Origin: an uncultured Candidatus Rokubacteria bacterium
GTDB taxonomy: Bacteria; Methylomirabilota; Methylomirabilia; Rokubacteriales; CSP1-6
Length of the DNA: 64,000 nucleotides
Direction of reading: 5' to 3'
Assembly: GCA_963762145.1 (NCBI GenBank)
Contig: CAVXJS010000022.1
Location: 64,001-128,000 of the forward strand
Shown here: positions 44,377-55,142 of the stretch, in pieces
Layout of the letters: the number at the start of each line of letters is the position of its first letter
Numbering within the stretch: the first letter of the stretch is position 1
Notes under the pieces: generated by a model
Database searches by the model: none
The model's input: only the letters and a program-made list of their open reading frames with translations
What the model was told of the DNA's origin: nothing
Position numbers and translations under genes: made by a program

Positions 44377-45351
44377 ATGAATCGCCGAACGTTCCTTAGC
44401 GGCCTTAGCGGCAGCCTCCTCGCCGCGCCGCTCGCCGCCGAGGCGCAGCGGCCGTCGAAGATCCCCGAGTCGGGCTCCTGAGGACCGGCTCTCCTCCAGA
44501 TCCGGCTCTCGACGCCTTCAAGCAAGGACTTCGCGAGCTTGGCTATGTCGAGGGACAGAACATAGTGCTCGACGTGCGCTTCGCCGCGGGACGGCTGGAT
44601 CGGTTGTCCTCACTCGCCGTCGAGTTGGTCCGCCGCGACGTGGATGTAGTCGTGACGGGCGGGGAAGCCGCGATTCAGGCGGCGCGGGCCGCGACGCGCA
44701 ACATCCCGATCGTATCGGCGCCAGCAACGATCCGGTCGGTGCCGGCCTCGTTGAAAGTCTCGCTAGACCCGGCGGGAACATCACCGGCTCGACTATTCTG
44801 GCCCCAGAACTGAGCCGGAAGAGATTGACCTCCTCAGGGAGACGAGGCCAGGTATTGTCCGCGTGGCGGTTCTCTCCGACCCAACGTCTTCGGGCACTGG
44901 GCGAGATCTGGAGGAAACGCAGAGCGCCTCTCGGGTGTTGGGCTTCACGCTCCAAGTCTGGACTGTGCGCGCCCCGAAGGACCTCGATGAGGCGTTTGTG
45001 GGTATGAGAAGAGAGCGTGCCGAGGCACTGATGACCCTGGCCGACCCGCTATTCACAGCATCGCGCGTGAAGATCGTCAAGCTGGCGGCGGCAACCCGTC
45101 TGCCCAGCGTCTACTACTGGAAAGATTTTGTCGATGCCGGCGGGCTCATGTCATATGGGCCGAGTCTCCAGGATCTCTATCGGCGGGCGGCCACCTACGT
45201 CGATAAGATCCTGAAGGGAGCCAAGCCGGGAGACCTCCCCATCGAGCAGCCGACGAAGTTCGAGCTGGTCATCAACCTCAAGACAGCCAAAGCCCTCGGC
45301 CTGACGATCCCGCCCTCGCTGCTGCAGCGGGCGGATCAGGTGATCGAATGA
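44377..45351 (+). CDS. Orphan ABC_sub_bind-type substrate-binding protein, frameshifted
   Basis: MNRRTF, GLRELGYVEGQN, RPGGNITG, GGLMSYG, EQPTKFELVINLKTAKALGL..RADQVIE. Confidence 0.85.
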
Positions 45352-46355
45352 TGAAGCCACAAACCGCACGTGACCCAGGGATCACACGGCGCACGTTCGT
45401 TGCGGGTCTTGCCGCGCTCGCAATCCCGCTTGATGCGAAGGCACAGCAGTCGGGACTCTCTGTGATCGGGTTCCTGAACGGCGCGTCGTATGAACTGTCT
45501 AAGCACCTCGTGCGCGCGTTCCACGAGGGCTTGGCGGAAACCGGCTATGTCGAGGGCCGCAACGTAACGGTCGAATATCGTTCCGCTGAAGGTCAGTATG
45601 ATCGGCTCCCGTCACTGGCGGTCGATCTCGCTCGACTTCACGTCAACGTCATTGTCGCGACCGGCACGCCGACTGGCCTGCCGGCGAGGGCGGCCACGAC
45701 GTCGATCCCGATCGTCTTCGTGACCGGCAGTGACCCGATCGAACAAGGCCTGGTCACGAATCTGAGCCGACCCACCGGCAATCTCACCGGCGCCACGACG
45801 CTTGCCGTGGAATTGGGCCGGAAGCGCATGGAACTGCTGAAGGAGTTGGTGCCGTCGGCGAAGCTCATGGGCGTGCTCATCAACCCGACCGGTCCGAATC
45901 TCAAGGCTGTGCTGCACGACATACATGCGGCAAGCCGAACCGTTGGTCTGCCGATCCATATCGTCCATGCGAGCACCGAACGGGAGCTCGAGACCGCCTT
46001 TGCGTCGTTCGTCCAGCGACGGGTAAGCGCGGTCGTCATCGGCACCGATACCTTCTTCAATTCTCAGAGCGGAAGGCTCGCAGCCCTGACCGTTCGGCAT
46101 GCCCTGCCCGCGGTCTACCAGTACCGCGAGTTTGTCGCGGCGGGCGGTCTCATGAGCTACGCCGGGAGCATCACAGACGCGTACCGCGTCGCGGGGTTGT
46201 ACACCGGGCGGATCCTCAAGGGGGCGAAGCCCTCCGAGCTGGCCGTCCAGCAGTCTACAAAGGCTGAGCTCTTCATCAATGCCAGAACCGCGAAAGCGTT
46301 CGGCCTCACGATCCAGCCCTCGCTGCTGGTGCGCGCGGATCAGGTGATCGAGTAG
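45348..46355 (+). CDS. Orphan ABC_sub_bind-type substrate-binding protein
   Basis: RRTF signal, GYVEGRN, RPTGNLTG, GGLMSY, RADQVIE; ATGA overlap. Confidence 0.92.
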   Translation: MMKPQTARDPGITRRTFVAGLAALAIPLDAKAQQSGLSVIGFLNGASYELSKHLVRAFHEGLAETGYVEGRNVTVEYRSAEGQYDRLPSLAVDLARLHVNVIVATGTPTGLPARAATTSIPIVFVTGSDPIEQGLVTNLSRPTGNLTGATTLAVELGRKRMELLKELVPSAKLMGVLINPTGPNLKAVLHDIHAASRTVGLPIHIVHASTERELETAFASFVQRRVSAVVIGTDTFFNSQSGRLAALTVRHALPAVYQYREFVAAGGLMSYAGSITDAYRVAGLYTGRILKGAKPSELAVQQSTKAELFINARTAKAFGLTIQPSLLVRADQVIE

Positions 46356-46359
46356 CACG

Positions 46360-46509
46360 ATGCCCGAGCTCCTCGCCGCCCTCGACGCCTTCATGCAGGA
46401 GCACCGCCGTTGCGGCATGCTGGACGGCGGGGTGGACGGTTCAGTGGTGTGGAGGAGCTGCGAATGCGGGGCACGGATCGCTCACTCAATCGCGGAGGGA
46501 GCCGGATGA
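46360..46509 (+). CDS. 49-aa Cys/His protein (EHRRCG...CECG)
   Basis: Open frame read manually, directly after the binding-protein gene. Confidence 0.5.
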   Translation: MPELLAALDAFMQEHRRCGMLDGGVDGSVVWRSCECGARIAHSIAEGAG

Positions 46510-46592
46510 CCCGACGCTGGCCGTGCATCCTGATCGTCTGCTGCCGCGTCGAGGAGCGAGGCTGGTTGCCTTAGGCCCGTTGACAGACGCAG

Positions 46593-47027
46593 TTGCCCTG
46601 TGGTGCAGTGGCACGGCGTGTGAGTCCCGCGAAACCATCAGCTCCTCGAGACCCGGCTAGACCCGTTCGAGTCGTCATCGCAGATGACGATGTCGAAGTC
46701 CGCACACTGGTCGACTTCATCCTCCGGCAAGACCCGACGGTTCTTCTGGTTGGGGAGGCAGAGGATGGAGAGTCAGCCATCATCCTCGTTCGCCAAGCGC
46801 AGCCGGATCTCGTCCTGATGGACGTGATGATGCCCGGCGTCGGGGGGCTCGAAGCGACACGGCGGATCAAACGGGAGTGGCCCGAGACGAGGGTTCTAGT
46901 CCTGACTAACCTGACCGATGATGACACGCGCCGCTCGGCGTTCCTGAACGGCGCCGACTCATTCATCACCAAGCGCGACATCGCGACCCGGTTGCTCGTC
47001 GCGATCAAGGACACGATTCAGGCCTAG
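46593..47027 (+). CDS. Stand-alone response regulator receiver
   Basis: VVIADDD, LVLMDVMMP, LT, GA..FITK. Confidence 0.88.
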   Translation: MPCGAVARRVSPAKPSAPRDPARPVRVVIADDDVEVRTLVDFILRQDPTVLLVGEAEDGESAIILVRQAQPDLVLMDVMMPGVGGLEATRRIKREWPETRVLVLTNLTDDDTRRSAFLNGADSFITKRDIATRLLVAIKDTIQA

Positions 47028-47045
47028 CCATCTACTCCCTGTTGG

Positions 47046-47285
47046 CTACGACTCGGGCAGCGCCTGCTTCAAGACCCTCCAGAGCCCGTCGCAGGCGACG
47101 TGGAAGCGGAGTGTGTGCCCGTCCGACATCGCCTCCTCGTGTTCCGGCTCGCTCGACGTGATGGGCGCGTCGCATCCGTCGCATGTCAGACCGGTGCCGT
47201 AGCCGCCCCACGTCTTGACAGAATCGGCGGTCGGAAGGATGCCCCGCCACAGCTTGTCGGTGATCCGCCGAGAGGCCTCGTCCAT
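47046..47285 (-). CDS. Small putative Zn-binding protein
   Basis: G.G.G..CDGC...FHVAC..LW. Confidence 0.65.
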   Translation of the reverse strand: MDEASRRITDKLWRGILPTADSVKTWGGYGTGLTCDGCDAPITSSEPEHEEAMSDGHTLRFHVACDGLWRVLKQALPES

Positions 47286-47348
47286 GGGGTACGGGACTGT
47301 ACCATACGGGACAGTCCCGCAGTTGGTCTTCGCGTTAGGCTCCTACTT

Positions 47349-47552
47349 ATGATCAGGAATTAGTCCCTCCGGAAGCTGCGAGAGTCCGCAGGAATGACCC
47401 AGGCCGAGATGGCTGAACTGCTTCGAGTGCCGTTGCTCACGCTTACGAAGTGGGAAGCGGGCTCGCTCGACCAGAAGGCTAAGGCGCTGCACGGGCTACT
47501 CGCTGCTCGGGCCGAGAAGACGAACTCGCGACGCGGTAGTGCACGCCCTTAG
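47349..47552 (+). pseudogene. XRE-family HTH remnant
   Basis: MIRN*SLRKLRESAGMTQAEMAELLRV...TKWEAG with an early TAG. Confidence 0.55.
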
Positions 47553-47866
47553 GCCAGCCCCCGCTCTTGGGGCTTGGGCGGCTTTATCGCGTCAACAGCT
47601 CGGCGGAGCTTCTCCGAAACAATCTCGGGCGGGCGCACCTCGAGGAACGCTTCGAGTTCGGCCGGGGTGAACTCGACCGACGCCGTAGCCCCACGACACG
47701 AAAGCTTCATCGTCCACGGCTCGCCAGGCGTCGGGAGCTCGAGGCGCCCGTCGAACCAGAGTGGCGAGCCGCGGTCGAGCACCATCCCGTGCTCGGCCAG
47801 AATGCGGCCTAATCGCTCGGTGACCCGCATCTGTGCATCCAGCACCCCGCGCTGAGTGTAGTCCAA
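47549..47866 (-). CDS. Hypothetical protein
   Basis: 105-aa ORF with a GAGG RBS-like motif and protein-like composition. Confidence 0.5.
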   Translation of the reverse strand: MDYTQRGVLDAQMRVTERLGRILAEHGMVLDRGSPLWFDGRLELPTPGEPWTMKLSCRGATASVEFTPAELEAFLEVRPPEIVSEKLRRAVDAIKPPKPQERGLA

Positions 47867-48530
47867 TTTTCTACCTCGCCCGGAGCGGCAGTTTGTTGAT
47901 CGGGGTGCGTCAGCAGTAGACCCCCAGTGTGGGCGGGATCAGGGGTAACATTCACCGACAGCCGGCACGCCCGGCAAATCGCCCGAGGGGGAGGGACCAA
48001 CAAGCGGTCCCCCCTCGGGTTCCTGCCTGCTTGGTGCCTCAGTCTGCTTGGAGTTCAAGATCTTCCTCAACGTGTTGATTGCCTGCTGGAGCTCCACCTT
48101 CGACCAGCTCGAGAGCGCTTCCCTCGCCTGCTCGATTGAGCAAGTACACAATTTCACCGTAATCCTGCCGCACCGAATGCAGGGCATGATCTCCTCCTTA
48201 CTAAGTCGAGATCGAAGCGCCGACATGTGAAGAGCAACCGACATGCCACGGAATTAGGCTAGATATTTCGAACTCTTGGCTGGAGGCTTCAGAGGATTGG
48301 CTGGCGGCTCAGAACCTTTGACCGAGTGATGATGCGGCATTTCTACCCGGTACCGCAACAAGACGGCCCAAGCTCGACACGCTCTTGACCTATCTCGTGC
48401 GGAGCGGGCCGGATCGTGGGCCAGCGGTCAACAACTCACGCTGAGCTCGGGCCCGAACAAGCCGTAGCCCCGGGCGGGGCCTCGTCGATCTTTACTAGTT
48501 TTTTACTCGACGGGGACTACCTTGGCCCGC

Positions 48531-48758
48531 ATGGCACACCGCTGGCGGCTGACCAAGTCGAGCAGCACGACGGACCGCTGGTGGGTGACATGCAGTTGTG
48601 GCCGGTGGCGCGGCTACACCGAGACTGACGTACAAGCGCAACTACTCGCGGCGGAACATGGGCGCGAGAAGGGCACCCACGTTGTCAAGATCGAGAGCCG
48701 CGACGACTACCGCCGCCGAGCGCAGGCCGCCCGACTGCAACATCCGCGCTCAATCTAG
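48531..48758 (+). CDS. Small CxC...H protein
   Basis: WVTCSCGRW...AAEH. Confidence 0.5.
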   Translation: MAHRWRLTKSSSTTDRWWVTCSCGRWRGYTETDVQAQLLAAEHGREKGTHVVKIESRDDYRRRAQAARLQHPRSI

Positions 48759-49213
48759 CGCGTCGCCGAGCGCGTGTCTCACTACGTCGTTGGCGGTGTC
48801 GGTAATGCGCGCCGAGGCAGGCTCCATGCGGTCAGAACCCTAGCTCATCGACGACGGTTGGAGCGTCCTCGTCTATCCACGCCTCACCTAGAGCGTGAAT
48901 CGACTTGCCGAGCATTGACATGAGCAGGGCTTCCACTTGGTCAATGGTCGGGGGCGGGTCCACTCGTCAAGCCACTCTGTGTAGTCGCGTTCAACCCCAA
49001 GCGGTCTCCCAAGCGACGCACGCCGACCAGCACTCCGCTGTTGCGGGCTTTCGGCGGTAAGCCACTCGGCGGCCAGATTCTCCCCTGTTGAAGGCTTCCC
49101 CGTTTGACGTCTCGGAGTCGTAACATTGTCGTAATGTATCGGGGCTGACGATCTGACTTCAATATTTTTATTGGCATTCCCGATAGGAGGCTCGACACCG
49201 GCTGGTCGAACGT

Positions 49214-49600
49214 CTAGCTCTGCGCTCCTCGTCGTCGGCCAAGGAAGTAGAAGAAGGTGCCCGTAGCCACGTTCACCAGAAGGCTGCTGATCAAGAAGTC
49301 CCAGGACCAGATCAAGCTCCAGAAGCTCTTCGGTCGCTCCACCAGCGACTCGATGGCGCGGTGCTGCTCGGGGAGAGTTCCAGAGCGTCCGTTGCTGCTG
49401 GAGCGAGGCGAGTTCCTTTTCGATGGCGCGGACGCTCTCGATGCGCGCCGCCGTCTCCGATTGGAGCTTCTCGACGAGGGAGAGGGTCTCGCGTGAGTTG
49501 GCGTTGAGGGCTTCCAGCTTCTTCTGAATCTGTCCCGCAAGCGGTGGGGTTGGTCGCTCGCTGCATCATGCCAGTGGTTACGATCACCGACAGCGCGAAT
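49214..49600 (-). CDS. Coiled-coil protein with a C-terminal TM helix, frameshifted
   Basis: Heptad-like IQKKLEALN...KELASLQQQ in one frame, FLISSLLVNVATGTFFYFLGRR in another. Confidence 0.4.
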   Translation of the reverse strand: MRAVGDRNHWHDAASDQPHRLRDRFRRSWKPSTPTHARPSPSSRSSNRRRRRASRASAPSKRNSPRSSSNGRSGTLPEQHRAIESLVERPKSFWSLIWSWDFLISSLLVNVATGTFFYFLGRRRGAQS

Positions 49601-50229
49601 GCGGAGACGATCCACACAACGACGAGGCCGAAGTCGTAAGCCAATACCCGCCCATCTGCATCCGGTACCGGGATGCCCTCGATCTGGTGGCCGCACCATT
49701 GGACAGCGTGAGCCTCGCGGAGCCGAAGAGATCGCACACGGCGTAGCTCTTCACCGTGACTTGACCAGGATAAGGCCCGCGTGGCGGATTCGCCTTCAGC
49801 GTCGCCGCAAGGAATTCCTGGTGAGGATCGCGAAGCTGCTCCGTCGCCGCACAGGGACTCCGTGAGTTGCACCGTCCCCGACCTCATGCACGCGACCCAA
49901 GTCGCGCAGCCATTCCACATGAAAGGCGGGTGTATGGTGCAGCTCATTAGCCGGAACGGCCGGTACCACACCAAGCGCTTTGTACAGGGGCCGTGGGTGG
50001 CTTGTCGCCTCGCATCCAATTCTTCCCGGGAAATGTTTCCATGCGGCCCCGCATTTTTCAGAGGAGGTGAGTGCCTCTAGCGGTCGAGTGGGGCTCTGAG
50101 GTCCTTTTCATCAGGTGCCGAGCAAGGATTCGGCCCTTTCGGTGCCTGAAGCGGTAGAGGACGCGATTACAGGGACGGGGGGCGTGGATGAATGAGCGGG
50201 TCGGGATGGCGTGCGACTGTGGGGCCGAC

Positions 50230-50537
50230 ATGCCGCGCCTGCTACTCGTCGCTGTAGCCGGTGTGGTCGTCAGCCTAATTGGCTGCTCCAAGACCTTGTG
50301 GATCGCCCCACCGGGCGGTAGCGAGCAGCAGCTCTTGCGGGATTCCTACGCGTGCCGGCGGGATGCCGCCACGCCACCGGCGCCCCCCCAGTGTTGCCGG
50401 CCTCCACTGGCTTCGTCCATCCAAGCCAAGGCTACACGATGGCTCCTCAGGGGCTCGGCCCCGCGCCGGGAGATCAAGCACGGGAAGAGGGGCTCGTCGC
50501 TCGTTGCATGGAATCGAAAGGCTATCGCCGCCAATAG
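50230..50537 (+). CDS. Small lipoprotein, frameshifted
   Basis: LIGC lipobox; W..PG...Q....D...C and CMESKGY motifs. Confidence 0.6.
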
Positions 50538-50741
50538 ACGCGGGCGAGGTGTTCGACCTTCGCCCGAAGGGGAGGAGCCGCCCTGTTGAGGGTGCCGCTT
50601 CGCGTATCCCATTTGCCGGGTCACGGACATATGACTTTTATCTCGTCATGGCTTTGCAATGCACCGAGGAGCCGGCTCTGGTAGGATACCTCCCCACGGC
50701 CGCCTGAGGAGAGGCAGCGCGGCCAGCGCGGAGGAACTCCC

Positions 50742-51344
50742 ATGCGGCTGATCTTGATTGGGCTGTGTGCTGCGTTCTCGACTGCCGTGGCGGTGATAGG
50801 GCTCCAGCCCGGCACCATCGCCTTGCGGAACGCCCCCGAGGAATTCATGGCCATGCCCTGGGGCGCCAGCGAGTCCGAAGTCCGCGCGACACTCGCGGAC
50901 ACGGTGCAGGTCGCGGGTGCCCATGGGCCGAGACTCGGCGACTGCCAGGACTACCCCGCCTCGGATCGTGGCCTCTACGGCGACCGCTTTTGCGTCGGCG
51001 GCGCTGCCCTCGGCGGCACCAAGATCGAAACCACGTATTCCTTCCGTCGCGGTGGGTTGGCGTCGCTACGGATGATCTTCAACTCCGATTCCTTTGATCG
51101 GATCGAAAACATCTTCATCGAGCGGTACGGACCGCCAGTGTCTGCCTTCAATGAGGAGGTCGAGCTATCAACCAAGATCAATCGCTTTCTCCTATGGGAA
51201 AGCGAACACATCAAGATCGTGCTACGGCGCTATTTGAAGAGCAGCACCCGGGGGGCCGCGACCTACACGACGGCAGGCGAACAGGCCGAGGTGATGCGCC
51301 TCGTTCACGACCTGGCCCGGCGGGATGCCGGGAAACGCCCTTAG
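50742..51344 (+). CDS. Hypothetical exported protein
   Basis: GGAGG RBS, signal peptide, F..MPWG.S, F.ERYG.P. Confidence 0.7.
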   Translation: MRLILIGLCAAFSTAVAVIGLQPGTIALRNAPEEFMAMPWGASESEVRATLADTVQVAGAHGPRLGDCQDYPASDRGLYGDRFCVGGAALGGTKIETTYSFRRGGLASLRMIFNSDSFDRIENIFIERYGPPVSAFNEEVELSTKINRFLLWESEHIKIVLRRYLKSSTRGAATYTTAGEQAEVMRLVHDLARRDAGKRP

Positions 51345-51607
51345 CGCGGCTGCCGGTCTCTGCTTGACCACGCGCCTGATCTCCCCAACTCAGAGTCTGC
51401 CGCTTCGGGATCACGGTCGGTGGGTGCATGCACGGCTAGCCTAGCCTCAACTTCCGCCATCCGCTTCTCTACGAATCTGCCAGAGAAGCCTCTCCCGGCG
51501 TTGCCTGTTCTCTTGAGACGTGGCGGCAAATTCAGACCGGACGGGCGACATCTACACGTGTCTAGGGTCGTCTGCCGTATGCGACCTGCTCCCCGACTCT
51601 CCTCCAG

Positions 51608-52451
51608 TCAGGAGGTGAGCATTGGGCTCGGTGCCCGGTCACGAGTGCACTGCTCGAACTCCGTTGGGGGCACGTTGCCGAGGGAACTGTGGGGCCGGAC
51701 GGCATTGTAGTCCACACGCCAGGCCTCGACGATCTGGCGCGCGTGAGCCAGGCTAAGGAACCAGTGCTCGTTCAGGCACTCGTCGCGGAATCGACCATTG
51801 AAACTCTCGACGTAGGCATTCTGATTCGGCTTGCCCGGTTCGATGAAGTGCAGCCGGATGCCGCGGGTGTAGGCCCACGCGTCGAGCGCCCGGCCGGCGA
51901 ATTCGGGACCATTGTCCGTGATCAACACCGCCGGGTTCCCGCGCGTTTCGACGAGCCGCTGCAGGACCTCGACGACCCGGCGCCCGCCGATCGAGGTGTC
52001 CACTTCGATGGCCAAGCAGGCCCGGGTGAAGTCATCGACGACGGCCAGGAGCCGGACGCGGCGACCGTCTTCCAGGGTGTCCAGCAAGAAGTCGAGCGAC
52101 CAGCGCTCGTTGATCCGGGCCGGCGCGGCGAGCGGTGTCCCGCGGGGGACACGGCGCCGGCGTCGGCGGCGCCGCACCACGAGCCCCTCGTCTCGATACA
52201 GGCGGTAGACCCGCTTGATTCACGCGGTAGCCCTCTCGACGGAGGAGGACATAGAGCCGGCGATAGCCGAAGCGGCGCCGCTCGGCGGCCAGGCCGCGCA
52301 GCCGGTCACGCAGCGCCGGCCAGTCGGCGCGCCGCCCCTGGTAGCGGCACGTAGACCGGTCCATGCCCACCAGGCCGCAGGCCCGGCGCTCACTCAATCC
52401 GAAGCTCGCCTGCATCGCCCGCACCGCGATCCGCTGCGCCGCGGGCGTCAG
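51608..52451 (-). CDS. IS3 OrfB DDE transposase, extra frameshift near 52215
   Basis: [33 protein letters not shown]. Confidence 0.92.
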
Positions 52452-52714
52452 GCCTTTTTTCCGACCAACTCCTTCAACGCTTGGTTATCCAGCGTGAGAT
52501 CCGCGACCAAACGCTTCAGCCGGCCATTCTCGTGCTCGAGCTGCCGCAGCCGCCGGGCCTCATTGACCTCGAGGCCGCCGTACTTGGCTTTCCACCGGTA
52601 GAACGTCTGCTCGCTGATGCCGTGCCGGCGACAGAGGTCGGTCGTCTTGCCGCCCGCCTCGGCCTCTTTCAGGATCCCGATGATCTGCTCTTCCGTGAAC
52701 CGCTTCCGACGCAT
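52448..52714 (-). CDS. IS3 OrfA
   Basis: RFTEEQIIGILKE, CRRHGISEQTFYRWK, LE.EN..LK. Confidence 0.93.
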   Translation of the reverse strand: MRRKRFTEEQIIGILKEAEAGGKTTDLCRRHGISEQTFYRWKAKYGGLEVNEARRLRQLEHENGRLKRLVADLTLDNQALKELVGKKA

Positions 52715-53336
52715 CGCGGGGCCTCCCCGCGGGCATCCTAAGCCGAATCCTCACCCACCTCGTGGCGGAGTTTTCGGGGAGCAGGTCGTATGGACTCTCG
52801 AATGCGATGGCAGTCCTATTCCTTGGACGATACACGGGCTTCGGTGACGCGGGAAAACGGGCCTGAAGCCGGCGGGCGACTCCGCGTCGCTGTGTCGTCT
52901 CGATTAGCATAGTTGACGCGCCGGGCTACCGCAGCCTTGAAGTCTCGGGAAGACAGTACCAGAGTCCTGGTTGTTGCTACCGCGCCACCGTGGCCTTTAC
53001 GGCACCAGCATGGCGGCGGCTGGGCTCGCAATCCGCTGGCGACGAAGGCGGGGACAACCTTAGAAGAGCCCGAAGGGGCAGCCTCAAGAGGGCGGCTCCT
53101 CCCCTTCGGGCGTGGCGCCGGGCGTGCCCGTAGACACCCGGTGCCCCTCAGCGTAAGCTCCGCCGCGTGGCGCGTCATCGGCTCACGCGACAACTGCGCC
53201 CGCCCTCATTGGGCGAGAGAAGGGAAGTCTTGGGGGTTGTTAGTGTAATAACCGCCGGCCCGAGTAGGCACGGCCACTCCTATCGGGCCCTTCTACACCA
53301 TTTGGTGCGGTCCGCCACTGGCCCTCGTTTTGCTAG

Positions 53337-53906
53337 ATGATACGGATCGTGCATTTTGCCATCGAGTGTCTTACTTGGTTCGCTGCCTTATCTGTCTTGA
53401 TGTCATTTCTAGAGCACCAGGTTCACCGCAGCCTGATGCACAGAAGGACTGTTTTGGGTCGCCATCTTCTGTCTTTCCACAAGATGTTTGAACACCACGC
53501 TATCCTTCATCACGGGCAATACAGCAAGGTCTTTGCTGACAAGCCCGTTGCTGTTGGTGAAGATCGGCATTTGCGCTTGAGCCTACGTGAGGGCTTTCTA
53601 GAGGTGCTGCCGATCGCCGCGCTTCTTGCTGTAATCTCATTGGAGGGTGCGATCATCCTTGAGATTGTTGTCTGCATGCATCACTTCATATGGAACAAGA
53701 TACACCTAGAGATGCACAAGCCCGAAAAGCGCTTCTTTAGCGATTGGGCAGTATACAAGTTTCTTGGCAGGTACCATTACCTGCATCACAAGCACCCGGA
53801 CAAGAACTTCAATGTTGTCATACCGCTTGCCGACTATGTTCTGAGAACTAACATTCGCGCCAGCAACTCGGAGTTGAATGAGATGTATCGATTGAGGCTT
53901 CTTTGA
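53337..53906 (+). CDS. Fatty acid hydroxylase/sterol desaturase-like membrane protein
   Basis: His boxes HRSLMH, HHAILHH, HLEMH, HYLHH; NFN..PLAD. Confidence 0.8.
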   Translation: MIRIVHFAIECLTWFAALSVLMSFLEHQVHRSLMHRRTVLGRHLLSFHKMFEHHAILHHGQYSKVFADKPVAVGEDRHLRLSLREGFLEVLPIAALLAVISLEGAIILEIVVCMHHFIWNKIHLEMHKPEKRFFSDWAVYKFLGRYHYLHHKHPDKNFNVVIPLADYVLRTNIRASNSELNEMYRLRLL

Positions 53907-54007
53907 TCGCGTTCTGAATAGAAAGTCTCCCGCCTCCGCGCCCTCCCGCCCTCGGCCTTCGCGCCTGTGTCTCGAGGGCCGAGAGCAGCTCTGGCACAGC
54001 GGTCGGA

Positions 54008-54323
54008 CTCCTCGATCACCTGATCCACCCGCAGCAGGAGCGACGGCAGGATCGTCAGGCCGAGCGTCTCGAGGTTGATGACCAGGTTGAACTTCGTTGG
54101 TTTGCTCGCCCGGCAGATCGGCAGGTTTGGCTCAGTTGAGGATCTTGTCCACGTGGGTTGCCCCCCGGCGGTATGACTCGGCCGCACTCGACCTGTAGGT
54201 CATCAGCCCCCACAGGTCAAGGAACTCGTTCGTGAAGTACACCGCAGGGCGTCGGGCTTCATTCCGCAAACTGGCTACGGCTGCTGCAGCGGTGAGCGTC
54301 TGGATCAGGTCCCGTGTGGGCAT
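54008..54323 (-). pseudogene. Degraded 3' part of an ABC_sub_bind paralog
   Basis: GLMTY, YRRGATHVDKIL, PTKFNLVINL, RVDQVIE. Confidence 0.8.
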
Positions 54324-54331
54324 ACCGTCTC

Positions 54332-54559
54332 TCAGCCGGCCGGAGGCATAGATCGTTCATTCGCTGCTCCGCGGGTGGGTCCCGGCTGGACACGTTCCGG
54401 CGCGGCGTCTGGCTTAACAGTCGAGATTAGCAGCGCGATATCTCCGTTTCGGTACGTCAAGAGAATATCGACGGCTCCGGTGTACCGCGACCGCTCCAGG
54501 CCGTCCATGTAGGCGTTGAGCCACTCGCGTTTTGTTGGCCTCTGTTCGGCCTGTACCAT
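54332..54559 (-). CDS. Hypothetical protein
   Basis: 75-aa ORF; ...LERSRYTG.V.ILLTYRNGDI. Confidence 0.4.
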   Translation of the reverse strand: MVQAEQRPTKREWLNAYMDGLERSRYTGAVDILLTYRNGDIALLISTVKPDAAPERVQPGPTRGAANERSMPPAG

Positions 54560-54939
54560 GGCGTCAGTCCGTTAGCCGAGACAGCGCAAGCACCGCCGCC
54601 CGCCACCGAGGGCCACGCCCGGGGGTTTGTCCGTAGAGCTCCCCGAGCGATCGTGCACTGGCAGCCTCGCGCACGACGGAACGGCGCGGGGCAGTTGGAA
54701 CGCGGTCCGACTCCGCGAGCTGCGCCCGCGTCAAACGCCGATTTGGACCGTGAAGCTTCTCGCCTTTACACATATCCATGGTGTGCGTCTCCCTAGCCCT
54801 GATGGGGCGATGGATGGAGTGACTGCATCAGAACTGTGGAATGGGTATGGCACGGGCAAGACATGCAGGCCTGCGATCTCTCCACTAGAAGGCGGACAGC
54901 GAGTCGAAACCGATATGAACGGGCACCTTAATCATGCCT

Positions 54940-55142
54940 TGCGCTCGTCCCCACCAGCTCGCCCACTCGCGGATCCAGGTCCAGGTGCAAGGCGATGCCG
55001 TGCCGGGCCGCCCGCTCCTTGACCAGGGTGACGGCATTCTCCACGGCAGTCGGCAGGTGGAACGGGGCCGGGGTCAGCTCCATGCGACCGGCCTCGACTT
55101 TTGAAAGATCCAAAATGTCATTGATGAGCGAGAGCAGGTGTT
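54940..55142 (-). pseudogene. Histidine kinase internal fragment
   Basis: HLLSLINDILDLSKVEAGRMEL. Confidence 0.8.

Larger units (their letters stand above)
51582..52788 (-). mobile_element. IS3-family (IS407-group-like) insertion sequence, 1207 bp
   Basis: 15-bp IR CGACCTGCTCCCCGA / TCGGGGAGCAGGTCG; 4-bp TSD TATG; orfA and orfB with an A6G slippery site. Confidence 0.93.

Noticed and set aside
45612-46418. Antisense ORFs containing 'LDHLIR...' (also 59856..60668, 61004..61483)
   Set aside because: Shadow frames of the substrate-binding genes.
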